From assembly GCA_008690995.1 (NCBI GenBank), contig VRMN01000014.1:186001-250000 (forward strand): a DNA stretch of 64,000 nucleotides, read 5' to 3'. The stretch is from Porphyridium purpureum. Its lineage: Eukaryota. Shown one piece after another: positions 1 through 10,627 of this stretch; the first letter of the stretch is position 1, and every line of letters begins with the position of its first letter. The position numbers were made by a program, and so were the translations under genes. The notes below the pieces were generated by a model. It saw nothing but the letters and a program-made list of their open reading frames with translations, did not search any database and was not told the DNA's origin.

Positions 1-104
1 ACAGAAAAAGGCGCGGAGGGCAGCTGCTGTCCGGCTGCGTCCACAGCCCGCGAGCCTCGTGGAACCCGCGCCCAGGTTGACTGTGCCGAGGTCGACACGG
101 TCCG

Positions 105-397
105 TGTTACCAATGATGTGCCTTTTCACTCTCTGTTTTTTCTTCTCCTTTCTCCGAGCAAGACCTGACCGGCGAGTCCGGGCAGGCGCGTCGCCTTTTT
201 TATACCCTTTCTTCCGCCAGGGACAGCAAGGCACCAAGAAAAATAACGATGCAAATCATTGGCATTTCTGCGCACGTCTAGAGCGTTCTGGAACCTCTAG
301 AAGCTTCTACAAACGGTTCAACGGTCTACCGGTTTAACGGCTTACCGGTTTCGGATTAGCCGAACCGTTCTAAGCGACTGGGGTCGAACGGATGACA
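105..397 (-). mobile_element. Solo LTR (293 bp) inserted into the Copia pol
   Basis: TGTTA...TGACA termini; flanks GTCCG (100-104) and GTCCC (398-402) form a 4/5 TSD; minus-strand GTATAAAA near 197-205. Removing it joins an open frame reading ...PRSTRSGRVVRQPGKLSLGV..., the Copia pre-RT R-S-x-R...P motif, into ORF 453. Confidence 0.8.
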
Positions 398-402
398 GTC
401 CC

Positions 403-2010
403 GCCGTGTTGTTCGGCAGCCCGGAAAACTCAGCCTGGGGGTCACCGTCGTCGTGCCCCGCAGCGAGGTATTGGGACAATCGTGCTCCGCGAAGGCGCGC
501 ACCGTCGAATGTGAACGATTGAAAAGGTTCGGCACATGGAACCCGATTCCAATCTCCTTTGAATCAGCGAGGCCGGACCCTTCGGCTACCTTTGTCAACG
601 CACATTTCATTTACGCAATGAAACACGCGGAGTGCGACGTCGACAAGAGGATTGCAAAGGTTCGACTGGTTGCGGCTGGCAACAATTTGCGCGATGTAGG
701 GGGCGCGCTAACTCATCAGGACGTGCCATACGCAGCCCCGGCAAGCCTCGCGTCACTTCGTGTCACCGTGGCGCTTGCGGCTGCTCGCGGGCACAGTGTG
801 GCAAAGCTAGACGTGACATCCGCATACCTACAGGTCCAACTCGGAGGGCCGCCGGTATTCGTTCGACTGCCGAAGGAGCTTCCCGAGTCGCGAGATGGAG
901 TATATAGGCTGGAGAAGGTGCTGTATGGCCTCGAGCGCTCTGGTGCGGACTTCATAGCGGAGACCTCGAAGAAGCTACAAGCCCAGGGATGGCGTGAGGT
1001 TGCTCAGTCGTTGTTCGTACGCGATAGCACCACACTGTTGGCATACGTTGACGACTTTCTTTTGACCGGAGAGCAAGAGAGTGTGCGGCGTGCGGCGTGC
1101 GATTTACAGACATTGTATGAGTTTGACAACGAGCCGGTTTTCTTGGAAGAAGATGCGCCACTCGTTTTCTTGGGAATAACTCTGCGACTGACCGCGGATT
1201 GGGTGCAGCTGGACCACACAGAGTATGCGCGCTACGCGTCACGGAACGCCTCTACGGGGCCCATGCGCAGGAAGGGACCGAGAACGTCCGACGTGGAGGC
1301 GGCCGTGGAGGAGTTCGAGGAGTCATTCGAAGATGACGGGCGAGCTCGCAAGGTCATTGGAGCTCTGCTTTGGCTTTCGCGTACAACTCGGCCGGATATT
1401 GCGCGTGCAACGGCGCGAGTCGCTTGCTCAAAAGACTCGAGGATTACGTGTTGTGTAACCCCAGCAGCGTGATTCGGTACCCCAGGCAACGAGTGATCGA
1501 CGGCAGTTGCCGCGTTATCGCGTTCAGTGACTCAGACTTCGCGGGCGATTCTGCTGCAAAAGCGCGCAGTACAAGCGGGGCTGCATTTTTCTTGGAATTG
1601 GGCGGCGCAAGGTATCTCGTGGACTGGTCGAGCGGGCTCCAGCGAGCTGTGTCCACAAGCTCAGCGGAGGCGGAGCTTGTGGCGTTAGCGTCGGCTTGCA
1701 AGAGAGTGTTCGCTGTCTTGGAATGTCTACCGGAGCAAGAAGGCACCAAGGTCGAGGTGCGTTCGGACAGTGCGGCGGCTTTGGGCGCCGTGCGCCGTGG
1801 ATGGTCTGCAAAACTCGCGCATGTGCGCAGGACGCAAAGGGTCTGTGTCTCGTGGCTTCACGATCTGGAGGAGCAGCAGGGCTTCATTTTCGTGTGGGTT
1901 CCTTCCTGGCGCAACGCCGCGGATATCTTAACCAAGAGCTGCGGTCCACTCGAATTCTTGCGTAAGATTGGGCTCTTTGAGAACGAACGGGTCTTTCGCA
2001 ACAAGCTAAG
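403..2010 (+). pseudogene. Copia RT-RNase H coding region with a frameshift near 1420-1440
   Basis: RT and RNase H motifs fall in two different reading frames (453-1472 and 1370-2266). End coordinate approximate. Confidence 0.85.
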
Positions 2011-2042
2011 GGAAGCGGCGAACCCGGCTTCGATGGAGGCGC

Positions 2043-2348
2043 TGTACAATGGTTGGACCGTTTCGAATTGGCGACATAACGGTCCAGTGCCGCGCGGCCT
2101 ATGCGCGCACATCTGGCGGTTTCGGAGCCGTCCTCGCAACGGTCGGGTCGTGCAGAGTCCGTGGCCGGGTAGAAGGATCCACCTCGTCGCCCTGCGCTGC
2201 AAAGGCGCACGCCAGGCTGGCGGGGTGTATAAAAGTAACCCCACCCGACGGTCGTCGCGTGGTTAGTTTCCTCACCAGAGAAGACGCAAGGAAGAGGAGT
2301 AGGAGATAAGGAGTGAACGGGTCGTCGGGTACAGACGAAGTTTAGACA
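2043..2348 (+). repeat. Putative 3' LTR of the first Copia
   Basis: Purine-rich GATGGAGGCGC precedes TGTACA; GTATAAAA near 2227; ends ...TTAGACA. The partner LTR is not in the window, so boundaries are unconfirmed. Confidence 0.55.
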
Positions 2349-3094
2349 ACTCCCCGATTATTCCTTCACAGTATTCATCGATTATCTCAGTCCCACATTT
2401 TTCCTTGAAGAACTTGAAAGCAGGTCAAGACAAAGGTTGCGAAAGAAAAGCCACAGTTCAGAAATCAAGCAGCCATGCTACTATGGTGCATCTGAATGGC
2501 GCGCAGCTTTGGTCATACCTATCCCGCGGTCGTATCGTGCACATTTGAGTACGAAACGAAAAATAATCAAAGAAGAGCAACTGATTGTTTGAGTTGTGGG
2601 TTGTTTTCGTCAGGATACAGTCCAAAAGGATAAGGAATAGGTTATGTAAAGAGCAGTCAAAGCCGCATTTGACTGAACGGCGCGACATTCTGATTGGCTG
2701 CTTTGTGCTACGTTAACTGTAGGACGGCAATCGTAGAAAGGGCTTACTTTCAGCACAAAACGCCTTCAAATATCGGCACGAAGTGACTGTCGCATGAGCA
2801 AAAACGATTTTTGAAAGCTAATTTGTTTTTTTCTTCCCACGATATTTCTTCTTGATACCTGTCCGAGAGAGAAAACTTGAAACTGGTTTGATCAGCTTCG
2901 AGCTGGTCGTGCTCCTCCGTCGTTGCACACTACACTGCTCCACAAGAGTACGCCAATTTCTCTTAGGATCAGGTTCCAATCGGTCCCACCGTCATGCCAA
3001 TCTGTAACTCATCAACTTAGCTTACGGCGTAAGATGGGAGGTTAACCCATGACCTTGAAATTAGTCCCATGTTCTATCAATAGGTGTCTTTTAA

Positions 3095-3495
3095 AGGGTA
3101 TATACTGTACGGTTATAAGACGTATTCTGCACATTTATAGGGTGATTATGTACATTTACACAGGGTGTAGACATTATAACGGTAGAGTATGTATTACCGA
3201 TAGTACCTTATAAGTGTACAGATTAAGCATTATAAGCGTACAGTATATATTGATTTTCTACGCCTTACATTCGTACAGTACATGTGTGGAAGGAAATGTA
3301 TAAGTGTACAGGATAATTTTGCACACGTGTTTATGTGTACACGCCTGTCGTATATGCGTACAGTATATATGTACATATATGAATTATATCTGTCGATTAT
3401 ATTTGTACAGTGGATACATACACACAAGCCTTGCAACTGTCGCTTTATACTCGTACAATATACATGCACGTAACTACATATGTAGACATACAACA
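3095..3495. repeat. Left subterminal AT-rich degenerate short-period repeats (TTATAAG / GTACA)
   Basis: Abrupt switch to AT-rich sequence with recurring gtaca, ttataag and tatatgtac motifs, mirrored at 14527-15170. Confidence 0.7.
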
Positions 3496-3981
3496 TTGGA
3501 GACTTGTGACGATACGGGCGAACGCCTAGCATTTCGGAAGCGGGCACGAAACGAACACGGAGTCACGGCAAGCACAGAGAAAAGACAACGGCTGTGCGAC
3601 ACGCACCGAACGAAGAAGATGCACGACAAGCACAGCGGAAAAACGACGGTCGTACGACATACGCAGAGAAGAAATGAAGAAGTAGCGCAAGCACAGAGAA
3701 TAGATGACATTCGAGCAGCAAGCACACACGAAACCCACATCAGTCGTACGACAAGTATCGAAGGAAGCCGAAGAATCACGACAAGAACGGAAGTATGATG
3801 AGAAGCGCATGTACATGGGAGTAAAACCAAAAGATTGGAGATGGTCAAGGGTTAGTCAGTCGTCCGTACGGAAATGCTCAAGAACAAGAGGAAGTACAGC
3901 GATGCACATCTGGTGCAAGCCAACATACCAAGCGTGTTACAGTCGCGCTCCCACTTTGTGCGAGGTGCCTCAACTCATCTG

Positions 3982-5964
3982 TCACATTAAAGCGTGCAAG
4001 TCGTCGACCGCCTCAAGACGTTTCTTGAGCTCATTTTCGTCGTCGGGACCGAGCGATACACGCGCACGCGAAGAAATGGTTGAGTCGCTGATTTGACCGC
4101 TCATATCCTCCAGCGTATGCATCAGTTCCATGTTCTTCTGTGCGGTACCGCGTTCGACCACTTGCAGTTTCATTCGCACCTGCTCGAGTTGCATGACGAC
4201 TTTCCCGTCGCTGGTCGGGACTTCACACGTCGTATTCGCGAACGCGGACCACTCGATTGCAGTGTCCCACGGCCATTCGATGGTTCTCTGCATGCCCATT
4301 TGTGCTCCGCGTGCGCGAACATATTCATCTCCATCGCTTTCTACTTGCGCGCTTCGGGACCCGGTATCCAACTGCAAGGTGTGCACCACAGCTCGCAGAA
4401 TTTCCATGCAGATAATCTCGTAGCGCATCAAGCAAACAATGGCTTCGCGTGACAAGCCGTGCGGCGATGCGCCGGAAGCTGTGGTCGCTGAATACGCTTG
4501 CAATGGCGTTGGAACTTGAGCTTGAAACCGTCCATGTGCCGTACGGCTTCGACACCAGAAAGGATTGACTGGCTTAGAGACACAGAGAGCAAGCATGCCG
4601 TGTACGATGACTTGTACAAGCTTCTGTCTCCATCGCATGACAATCTGGTCGCGCGACTCGAACAGGGTACGCACCTTGTGGTTCTCGATTGCCTTTGCAA
4701 TGGCCGGGTACCCGAACACTTCTTTCATGATCTCTGAAGTGCTATTCTGACCGGTGCCGGGATCCGCCTGAAAGGTGTAAAGAAACCTGTCGTACATAGT
4801 GTTTCTTGCGTGTCGCACCATGCCGTGCAGAACAGCTCGCACATTGAAGCGCAATCGTTGGAGTACTCCCTTAGCCGTATCCAGGTCGTTGTGCCTCTCC
4901 ATGAAGTTGTCTACACTTGTGCACAGCGAGGTACCTCCAGCCTTGAGCGCGTGCAGCAAGTCGAAAGACTCAAGATCGCGAATTGCAGTGCTGCGGGTAT
5001 TGGAGTCTGTGCTCCATATCATCCGCACAGTTTCAAAAAAGTATGTACTGGTGCCAGCGCATAAAGGCAAGAGTCCAGTGCGCAGCAGGTTACGCGTTGC
5101 GATGTCGCACGACGAATTACGTGACCGACGCAAGTGGCTCCTACTTTGCTCCATAGCCGTACTGTCGCACGGCTCCGTTTGCGTGTGAGCACCATCCATG
5201 CGCGCACCTGATGTTTCTTGCGACAGGCCGCCCGCCACATTTGGGTTACGACCCGTCCCGCCGCTCCAAAGACCCGTCAGTACGGTGTCGTCTTGTGGGG
5301 TACCCCTCTGAGTTACACAAGGTTGAACCGTCTCGCACTCAAGCTGGCTGTCCTGCGAGTCGCTAGCAAGATGCGGTGCCGCTGTCGCACTTGCACACTC
5401 CCTCTGCGCTTCTGCAGTGATCCTCGGTGCACATTCCGGAGATCCGCTGCCGCCCAACTTTGGCACAACACTTGCGATATCTTGCGGTGCCGCTGTCGCA
5501 TCTGCGCATTCTTCTTGCGCTTCCGCGTTGATCCTCAGAGCACCTTCCGGAGATCCGCAATTGCCAACCTTTGGCACGAGGCCTGTGTTTTCTTGCGGTG
5601 CCGCAACATCATCGGACGCATGGCTATCGTCATCAGTCTGGTTTGATTGTGATGATCTAGTTGTATCCGAGTGCGCGTTTGGTTCCTGTACAGGATTCGA
5701 GGGCAACAAACTTTCCCGAGACTGCAGTCCAACTGGGTCCGCCGTATCGCGCCGCAGCACTAGCATCCGCTGCGGTTTCTCCTTGTACGGCTCACATCGC
5801 TTCTCGACTGAAACCGTGCGGCTGGAAGAACTGCTGAAGTCTCCTCCACGCGTGCGCGCTTTCTTTTTCCGACCCGCCAAGCTCGCGCCAGCTTCTGCTG
5901 CCTTTTTCGACGGCCTGCGCGCACGCGTGCTCGAACCGGCAGCGCCATCGTGCCCCTGTTCCAT
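3982..5964 (-). CDS. Transposon cargo protein of unknown function (disordered basic N-terminus, 2 x ~37-aa repeat, helical C-terminal region with terminal coiled coil)
   Basis: Open frame 3982-6057 with first ATG at 5964. Internal repeat AAPQENTGLVPKVGNCGSPEGALRINAEAQEECADAT / AAPQDIASVVPKLGGSGSPECAPRITAEAQRECASAT. No family recognised; true start uncertain. Confidence 0.65.
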   Translation of the reverse strand: MEQGHDGAAGSSTRARRPSKKAAEAGASLAGRKKKARTRGGDFSSSSSRTVSVEKRCEPYKEKPQRMLVLRRDTADPVGLQSRESLLPSNPVQEPNAHSDTTRSSQSNQTDDDSHASDDVAAPQENTGLVPKVGNCGSPEGALRINAEAQEECADATAAPQDIASVVPKLGGSGSPECAPRITAEAQRECASATAAPHLASDSQDSQLECETVQPCVTQRGTPQDDTVLTGLWSGGTGRNPNVAGGLSQETSGARMDGAHTQTEPCDSTAMEQSRSHLRRSRNSSCDIATRNLLRTGLLPLCAGTSTYFFETVRMIWSTDSNTRSTAIRDLESFDLLHALKAGGTSLCTSVDNFMERHNDLDTAKGVLQRLRFNVRAVLHGMVRHARNTMYDRFLYTFQADPGTGQNSTSEIMKEVFGYPAIAKAIENHKVRTLFESRDQIVMRWRQKLVQVIVHGMLALCVSKPVNPFWCRSRTAHGRFQAQVPTPLQAYSATTASGASPHGLSREAIVCLMRYEIICMEILRAVVHTLQLDTGSRSAQVESDGDEYVRARGAQMGMQRTIEWPWDTAIEWSAFANTTCEVPTSDGKVVMQLEQVRMKLQVVERGTAQKNMELMHTLEDMSGQISDSTISSRARVSLGPDDENELKKRLEAVDDLHALM

Positions 5965-5989
5965 CTTCCTAGAGTGCTCCTTCTGCCAC

Positions 5990-6038
5990 TTCCTGCCCCG
6001 CCTCCTGCCCCGCCTCCTGCCCCGCCTCCTGCCCCGCC
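5990..6038. repeat. 12-bp tandem repeat (CCTCCTGCCCCG) x ~4
   Basis: Directly visible in the sequence. Confidence 0.9.
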
Positions 6039-6439
6039 ACCTTGTCGAACAACCCACACCTCCCGACTTCTGCTTCCTCTTCGCTTTCTTCCTTGATGCC
6101 GTGCGGCATGGATTTATAATTGTCTCTAGCTCTCGTTATGTAGCAAACCATACCTTTTGGAAGCGATTTTATGCAAACCGTGTGTGGGTCCAAAAATGGC
6201 GCGCTCAACAAGAAAAAGGGCGCGCTCGCAGAAAATGGATAGCGTACACTACTAAAAAGAGGGGTGTACACCATTTAAAACTTCTACAGTCTTATATGGT
6301 GAACCTTACGCGTGCCGCCCTGTATCCAAGGCGTACACTACTATTAGATGTGCACTCAGCACGCGTTGCATATAGCGTTTGACCTTGTTCGCATGAAAGG
6401 TGCAAGTGCTTGAGCGGGCAAGTGGAGGAGGCGGAATGA

Positions 6440-7321
6440 ATGAATGCGCCAAAGGCCGGCGACCAGGAGGCGGAAAGCATGGCCGATTTCGTGCTGCACA
6501 GCCTGGCAAACGGTGTAGCTCGCATAGCTACATCGCTGGAGAGGGCCGAAACCATCCTGGACAAATTGTTGCTTCTTGTGCAGGCACCTGACGACAGTGA
6601 TGAAGTCTATGAACGCGACGCGCAAGCACAGGTACCTGCGGTGCCGGCATCTGTGGTTACCGAAGGCAAAAGCGCGAAGCGCAAGCGCACTCCGGCCAAA
6701 GTCAGACGGACAAAGCGCGTACGCGTCGAGGACGAAGGATCTCGGGCTGCATCCGTGACGGATGCGTACGAAAGTCTAGTCAGCGGTACCGCAAAGACTG
6801 TTGGGTTAGAATCTTGTGTCGCGTCTTTGATCGTTTTATGCAAAGCTGAACAGCAGATATGGTGGCCTGCACGGGTGTATCTGGACGCACGTCAAATTCC
6901 TGTCGGCGTGAAGCGGTTGGATGCACGTCAGCATGCACGCGCACGTGGCCGCTTCTCGTTCGTTGCAGTACGGTACTTTCCCACTGACCGCAATGAGTGG
7001 GGGATCGTGCGCGTGACTCCAGAGAACATACTACCTTTGGAGGTTTTCATGGAGTACTCCGATGCGACTCGGCGAAGCAAGGTCATCCAGAAAACTCCCG
7101 TCGCCATGCGTGCGCGTTTTCATGAAGCGTTAGAGATCGCGTGCGCGGAGTTGCGGGTCAGATCTTCTGACGTACGTCAAAGCACGCACAATGAGGCACG
7201 AGCGAAGCGTGAATCGTTTGTTGGCTCTGTGCATATGGATCCGCAGAAGGGGATGGAACATCGTGCACACGAGCGTAAAGTGACTGAAAGTCAGTTTTCG
7301 TCGTCATCAAGTGAGCATTAA
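6440..7321 (+). CDS. PWWP-like domain protein (transposon cargo)
   Basis: IVLCKAEQQIWWPARVY...VAVRYFPTDRNEWGIV...ENILPL...ARFHEALEIACAEL matches the PWWP pattern (WWPA strand, V-x-F/Y-F, aromatic cage W, C-terminal 'F..Al..A' helix). Also an N-terminal coiled coil and a basic NLS (KRKRTPAKVRRTKRVR). Confidence 0.75.
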   Translation: MNAPKAGDQEAESMADFVLHSLANGVARIATSLERAETILDKLLLLVQAPDDSDEVYERDAQAQVPAVPASVVTEGKSAKRKRTPAKVRRTKRVRVEDEGSRAASVTDAYESLVSGTAKTVGLESCVASLIVLCKAEQQIWWPARVYLDARQIPVGVKRLDARQHARARGRFSFVAVRYFPTDRNEWGIVRVTPENILPLEVFMEYSDATRRSKVIQKTPVAMRARFHEALEIACAELRVRSSDVRQSTHNEARAKRESFVGSVHMDPQKGMEHRAHERKVTESQFSSSSSEH

Positions 7322-7377
7322 ACGGGTACCCGTGCGAATCATTTACTCAGTTCATTTTGTCGTACGACTGGTACGCT

Positions 7378-8340
7378 TCATTTACCGTCCGCATTACTCT
7401 GATGTCTGTATTCAGCGCGTACGCGTCGTTCCTCTTGCGTGGTGCTTGACACAGCAGCTTGGACGCGTTCCACTGGCTCATCCACATTGTCCGCGATTGC
7501 TTGCGTACGCAGAGATGGTCGCATACGCCTCGGTACAGGTGCCTGTGGGTGACCATGTGACGAGGTCGCAACGCTGACCTCTTGATGATACCATGCATAT
7601 TCCCCTCCCTCCAAGCGACGTACGGGAACCCGACGCTGATTCACGAACTTGCACTTGACTACGTGGTCAACGCCGCCGTATTTTTGTAGGCACGTATGAG
7701 CCGCGTACGCGTCGAATTCGAAGGCCGGCGGATCATCCCAGCGATACTTTCTTTGGCCGTTCGGCAAAACGATTGCGTCTGTATCCCTCTTGAATAACTT
7801 GCAAGCTGTCCACTGGTGCTGTAACTGGCACCATGCCAACCACATGCGCTCGTCCATTTCGGGTGCCCGCAACGGTCCTTTTTCAGCGTACAACGTGTGC
7901 TCGAAGAGCGTCACCGAAAGGCCGGCGCATTCTCGTGCGAGTTCCCAAAACTCGTAGGCGTACACCAACCTCTTGTACTCAATATCGCTCATATTTATGA
8001 CGCTGTTGTCGCCGAACGGCTTCTCATTGAGCTTTCTGCCGTGATACTGGGGGTACCCCTCGGTGCTGCGATTTGGGGCTTGCAAGCGAGCAATGTCGTA
8101 CCCAGAAATCTTGTCCAATATATCTCTGAAGCGCACTCGCCACATTTGTCGTGCAACGTCTCTATCCTCGTACGAGATCAACTTCTCGTCACTTTCAGTC
8201 AAGCGAAAGAAACCACGCACCGCCGGCATGGAGTAAGCGCGTACGCGAGGCAGAAAGGACCCGACCAAATCTCGGTTCCATGTTCCGTACAGCGCTCGCT
8301 TCAAACCCGCGTCAGAATCGCTCCCACCCTCGCTACACAT
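7378..8340 (-). CDS. Transposon cargo protein of unknown function, paralogue of 8591-10627
   Basis: ~320-aa ORF with first ATG at 8340. Shares ordered motifs with the divergent neighbour (SYE, D..G.D.A, HGR, AY..W.LAR..A, W.AWC.L.H). Confidence 0.7.
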   Translation of the reverse strand: MCSEGGSDSDAGLKRALYGTWNRDLVGSFLPRVRAYSMPAVRGFFRLTESDEKLISYEDRDVARQMWRVRFRDILDKISGYDIARLQAPNRSTEGYPQYHGRKLNEKPFGDNSVINMSDIEYKRLVYAYEFWELARECAGLSVTLFEHTLYAEKGPLRAPEMDERMWLAWCQLQHQWTACKLFKRDTDAIVLPNGQRKYRWDDPPAFEFDAYAAHTCLQKYGGVDHVVKCKFVNQRRVPVRRLEGGEYAWYHQEVSVATSSHGHPQAPVPRRMRPSLRTQAIADNVDEPVERVQAAVSSTTQEERRVRAEYRHQSNADGK

Positions 8341-8590
8341 GACGTTCACCCGCCCTCACGACACCTTCAAGACCGCAGCCTCTATGCTTGCTCACGTACG
8401 TGTCCAGCCAGCCCCTTTTTCCCTGCTCTCGGCGCCGCCCACGAGATTGGCGATGTCATGACCAGCGAAGATTATACAACTCGGGTTCACGTGGACCGCT
8501 TTGCCTACCGACAACGTAAGAAAGAGAGATCGCGAAAGTGTGATCGCTGGAAATTTGCGCGCACGCGGAAGAAGCGGAGCTGTGCTTGAG

Positions 8591-10627
8591 ATGGCGAATC
8601 CGAAGCTGTACAGCGAGCTTGCGCCGAGCCAATCAGTTGAGTTCGCGCGCCGTGAACTTGTGACTGCGCTGATGGGACAGTACGGCGTAGGGAGCAACAA
8701 GGAATTGCAGCGGATGGTGCTGAGCGAATCGTGCTCGTACGAGGAGGAGACAATTTTGCGCTGGGTACCCGCTCTGAAAACCATCTTCAAGAGGTATGAT
8801 ACCATGGACGGAGCGGATCTGGCGTACGCCCGAAAGTTGCAAGTGACTGTCGGCGGTTCGACTCGAGGAAGTGGTCTACGAGTGAATGCAGGTTGGCCGC
8901 ACGGCAGAGAAGTACGACGCGGTGTCCGTCACCGACCGGAAAAGACGTCGGCGTATTGGGTATGGTCACTCGCACGCATCAATGCGCGACGTGCAGTACG
9001 GCAGGATCTGCGCCGCCGCGGTGTTGCAGTGGATGACCTTGGCGCCGCGGCGGCAGCAGAATATGAGTTCGACTTGGCGCCAGGAGAACAAGAAAACGTT
9101 TTGTGGTATGCATGGTGCATGCTCAACCACGCGTACGCGTGCAACAGCGTATTTGATAAGGTCCAGCCAGGTACCTGGGAGCAGCCCGTTAGTGATGCAC
9201 CATTGGGCACCCCATTGCAGTTGAGTGCGGTACCGCTGTCCTATTCGACCATGTGTATGCCACAACTCATTGCGGACCATGCCGTGCGGCCAACGGATCT
9301 GGCATGGACCGTGGTGATCCAGAATCTCTTCGACGAATCGGATGACAGCATGTACATGAAGCACCACCTGCTGTGCGATCCGGACAACGCAAATACACTT
9401 CAGAGGAAGCCGTTGGATCCGGGTGAGAGAGCCGTTCGGCTTGTCCGTGCGTGGCAGCATTTGGAGCTGAACATGGGGCCTCTTCAAGAACAGCAATACG
9501 AAGTACTCCAGTCGCCGTTCGGCCACGTTGTAAGTCTCTTGGAGCCGCGGGGCCACGACTTGGTGATCGGCGTACAGCCCCCACCAGACGGGTGGCCGTC
9601 GTTCAAAACGTTTCTGCCGCACGGCTACTTGGATGTTCCAGGCTTCTACAAGGGACCAGACGACGTGGCCAATGTACGCCGCTTCAGCGATACCGCATAT
9701 CATCCGCACGCCCTGTTTCGCATGCGCCAGCGATTTGAAGACGAAGGGAAAAAAGCGGCGGCAGCGCGTCTCCTGCGTTCGCAGCTCGCGCACGCGACTT
9801 CAGAGGCGGACGAAGATGAGCGCAGACGTGGTGACCGGCGCTCGCGTGAGGATGCGGGTCGGCTCGATCGGGATTTCGGACAGCCGTGGGGCACAGTGCC
9901 ATGGTTGCGGTCCGCACCCACTGCAGAGCACGTTGACATGGCGCGTCGCACGACAAATGGCGAGGGGAGTCCAAGGATACCCCGATACCCGGGAGCGACC
10001 GCGATAGCTCAGCGCGACCGCATGGAGATCAAAAGAAGCCGTACGGCTCCCTACGAAGTGCCTCCAACAGCGTACCCGGTTGGATATGATGCTGTACCAG
10101 CGTCAGTAACGGATCCAAACTACAGATACGAAGGGAGGCGCCGCACGGCAGCTCATACGGAACCCATTCACGCGCACGCACAGCAAGAGCCTATTCGGCG
10201 TGCTTTCGCAGAGGAATATGGATGGCGTCAAGGTGATGAGAGTGGATTTGAGGCACCTCGCTGGGATTCCGGGGCATCTGCGTATGCAGCTGGCGCAAAT
10301 GATTGGTACGTTGGCCAGCCACGTCCTGGGTACGACGTGCCTGCTGTGCAGCCTCCTGGGGTACCCTTTGCATATGCACAAGGTTCGAGGCCTTGCGGCG
10401 CACCCGTCATGCAACCGTACGAGGTATTACCTGCGCAACATGCACAGGTTTATGGGGCACCCCCTGTATACGCACAAACCCCGACGTATTTTCCATCTCA
10501 TGCGCATACTGCAGGTCAGGGATGCCGTGGTCAAGTTTTCGATCATTGGCAGCAGCCCGTTCGTGAGCTGTCTGCACAGACGTACGTCGAAGGAGACGAG
10601 CGAAGGGGCTCTGCACACTTGCGGTAG
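8591..10627 (+). CDS. Transposon cargo protein: N-terminal domain paralogous to 7378-8340, low-complexity Y/P/G/Q-rich C-terminus
   Basis: Open frame from 8501 with first ATG at 8591. The frame stays open after the TAG at 10625-10627 until a TAG at 10871-10873. Confidence 0.75.
   Translation: MANPKLYSELAPSQSVEFARRELVTALMGQYGVGSNKELQRMVLSESCSYEEETILRWVPALKTIFKRYDTMDGADLAYARKLQVTVGGSTRGSGLRVNAGWPHGREVRRGVRHRPEKTSAYWVWSLARINARRAVRQDLRRRGVAVDDLGAAAAAEYEFDLAPGEQENVLWYAWCMLNHAYACNSVFDKVQPGTWEQPVSDAPLGTPLQLSAVPLSYSTMCMPQLIADHAVRPTDLAWTVVIQNLFDESDDSMYMKHHLLCDPDNANTLQRKPLDPGERAVRLVRAWQHLELNMGPLQEQQYEVLQSPFGHVVSLLEPRGHDLVIGVQPPPDGWPSFKTFLPHGYLDVPGFYKGPDDVANVRRFSDTAYHPHALFRMRQRFEDEGKKAAAARLLRSQLAHATSEADEDERRRGDRRSREDAGRLDRDFGQPWGTVPWLRSAPTAEHVDMARRTTNGEGSPRIPRYPGATAIAQRDRMEIKRSRTAPYEVPPTAYPVGYDAVPASVTDPNYRYEGRRRTAAHTEPIHAHAQQEPIRRAFAEEYGWRQGDESGFEAPRWDSGASAYAAGANDWYVGQPRPGYDVPAVQPPGVPFAYAQGSRPCGAPVMQPYEVLPAQHAQVYGAPPVYAQTPTYFPSHAHTAGQGCRGQVFDHWQQPVRELSAQTYVEGDERRGSAHLR

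Larger units (their letters stand above)
1..2348 (+). mobile_element. Ty1/Copia LTR retrotransposon, 3' part (end of integrase linker, RT, RNase H, 3' LTR), decayed; 5' part lies outside the window
   Basis: ORF 453-1472 has Copia RT motifs (KVRLVAAG, LDVTSAYLQ, LYGL, YVDD, TRPDIA). ORF 1370-2266 has RNase H motifs (FSDSDFAGD, RSTSG, STSSAEAE, ADILTK). A putative LTR follows. Confidence 0.92.

Noticed and set aside
3091..3100. TTAA-AGG as a Kolobok-type terminus
   Set aside because: There is no matching CCT-TTAA at the right end, and the transposase motifs are Plavaka/CMC-like.
5417..9793. Long antisense or overlapping ORFs (5417-6382, 7897-8589, 8966-9793) and similar shadows elsewhere (e.g. 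27360-28202, 51742-52665)
   Set aside because: Shadow frames expected in GC-rich coding DNA; no independent motifs.
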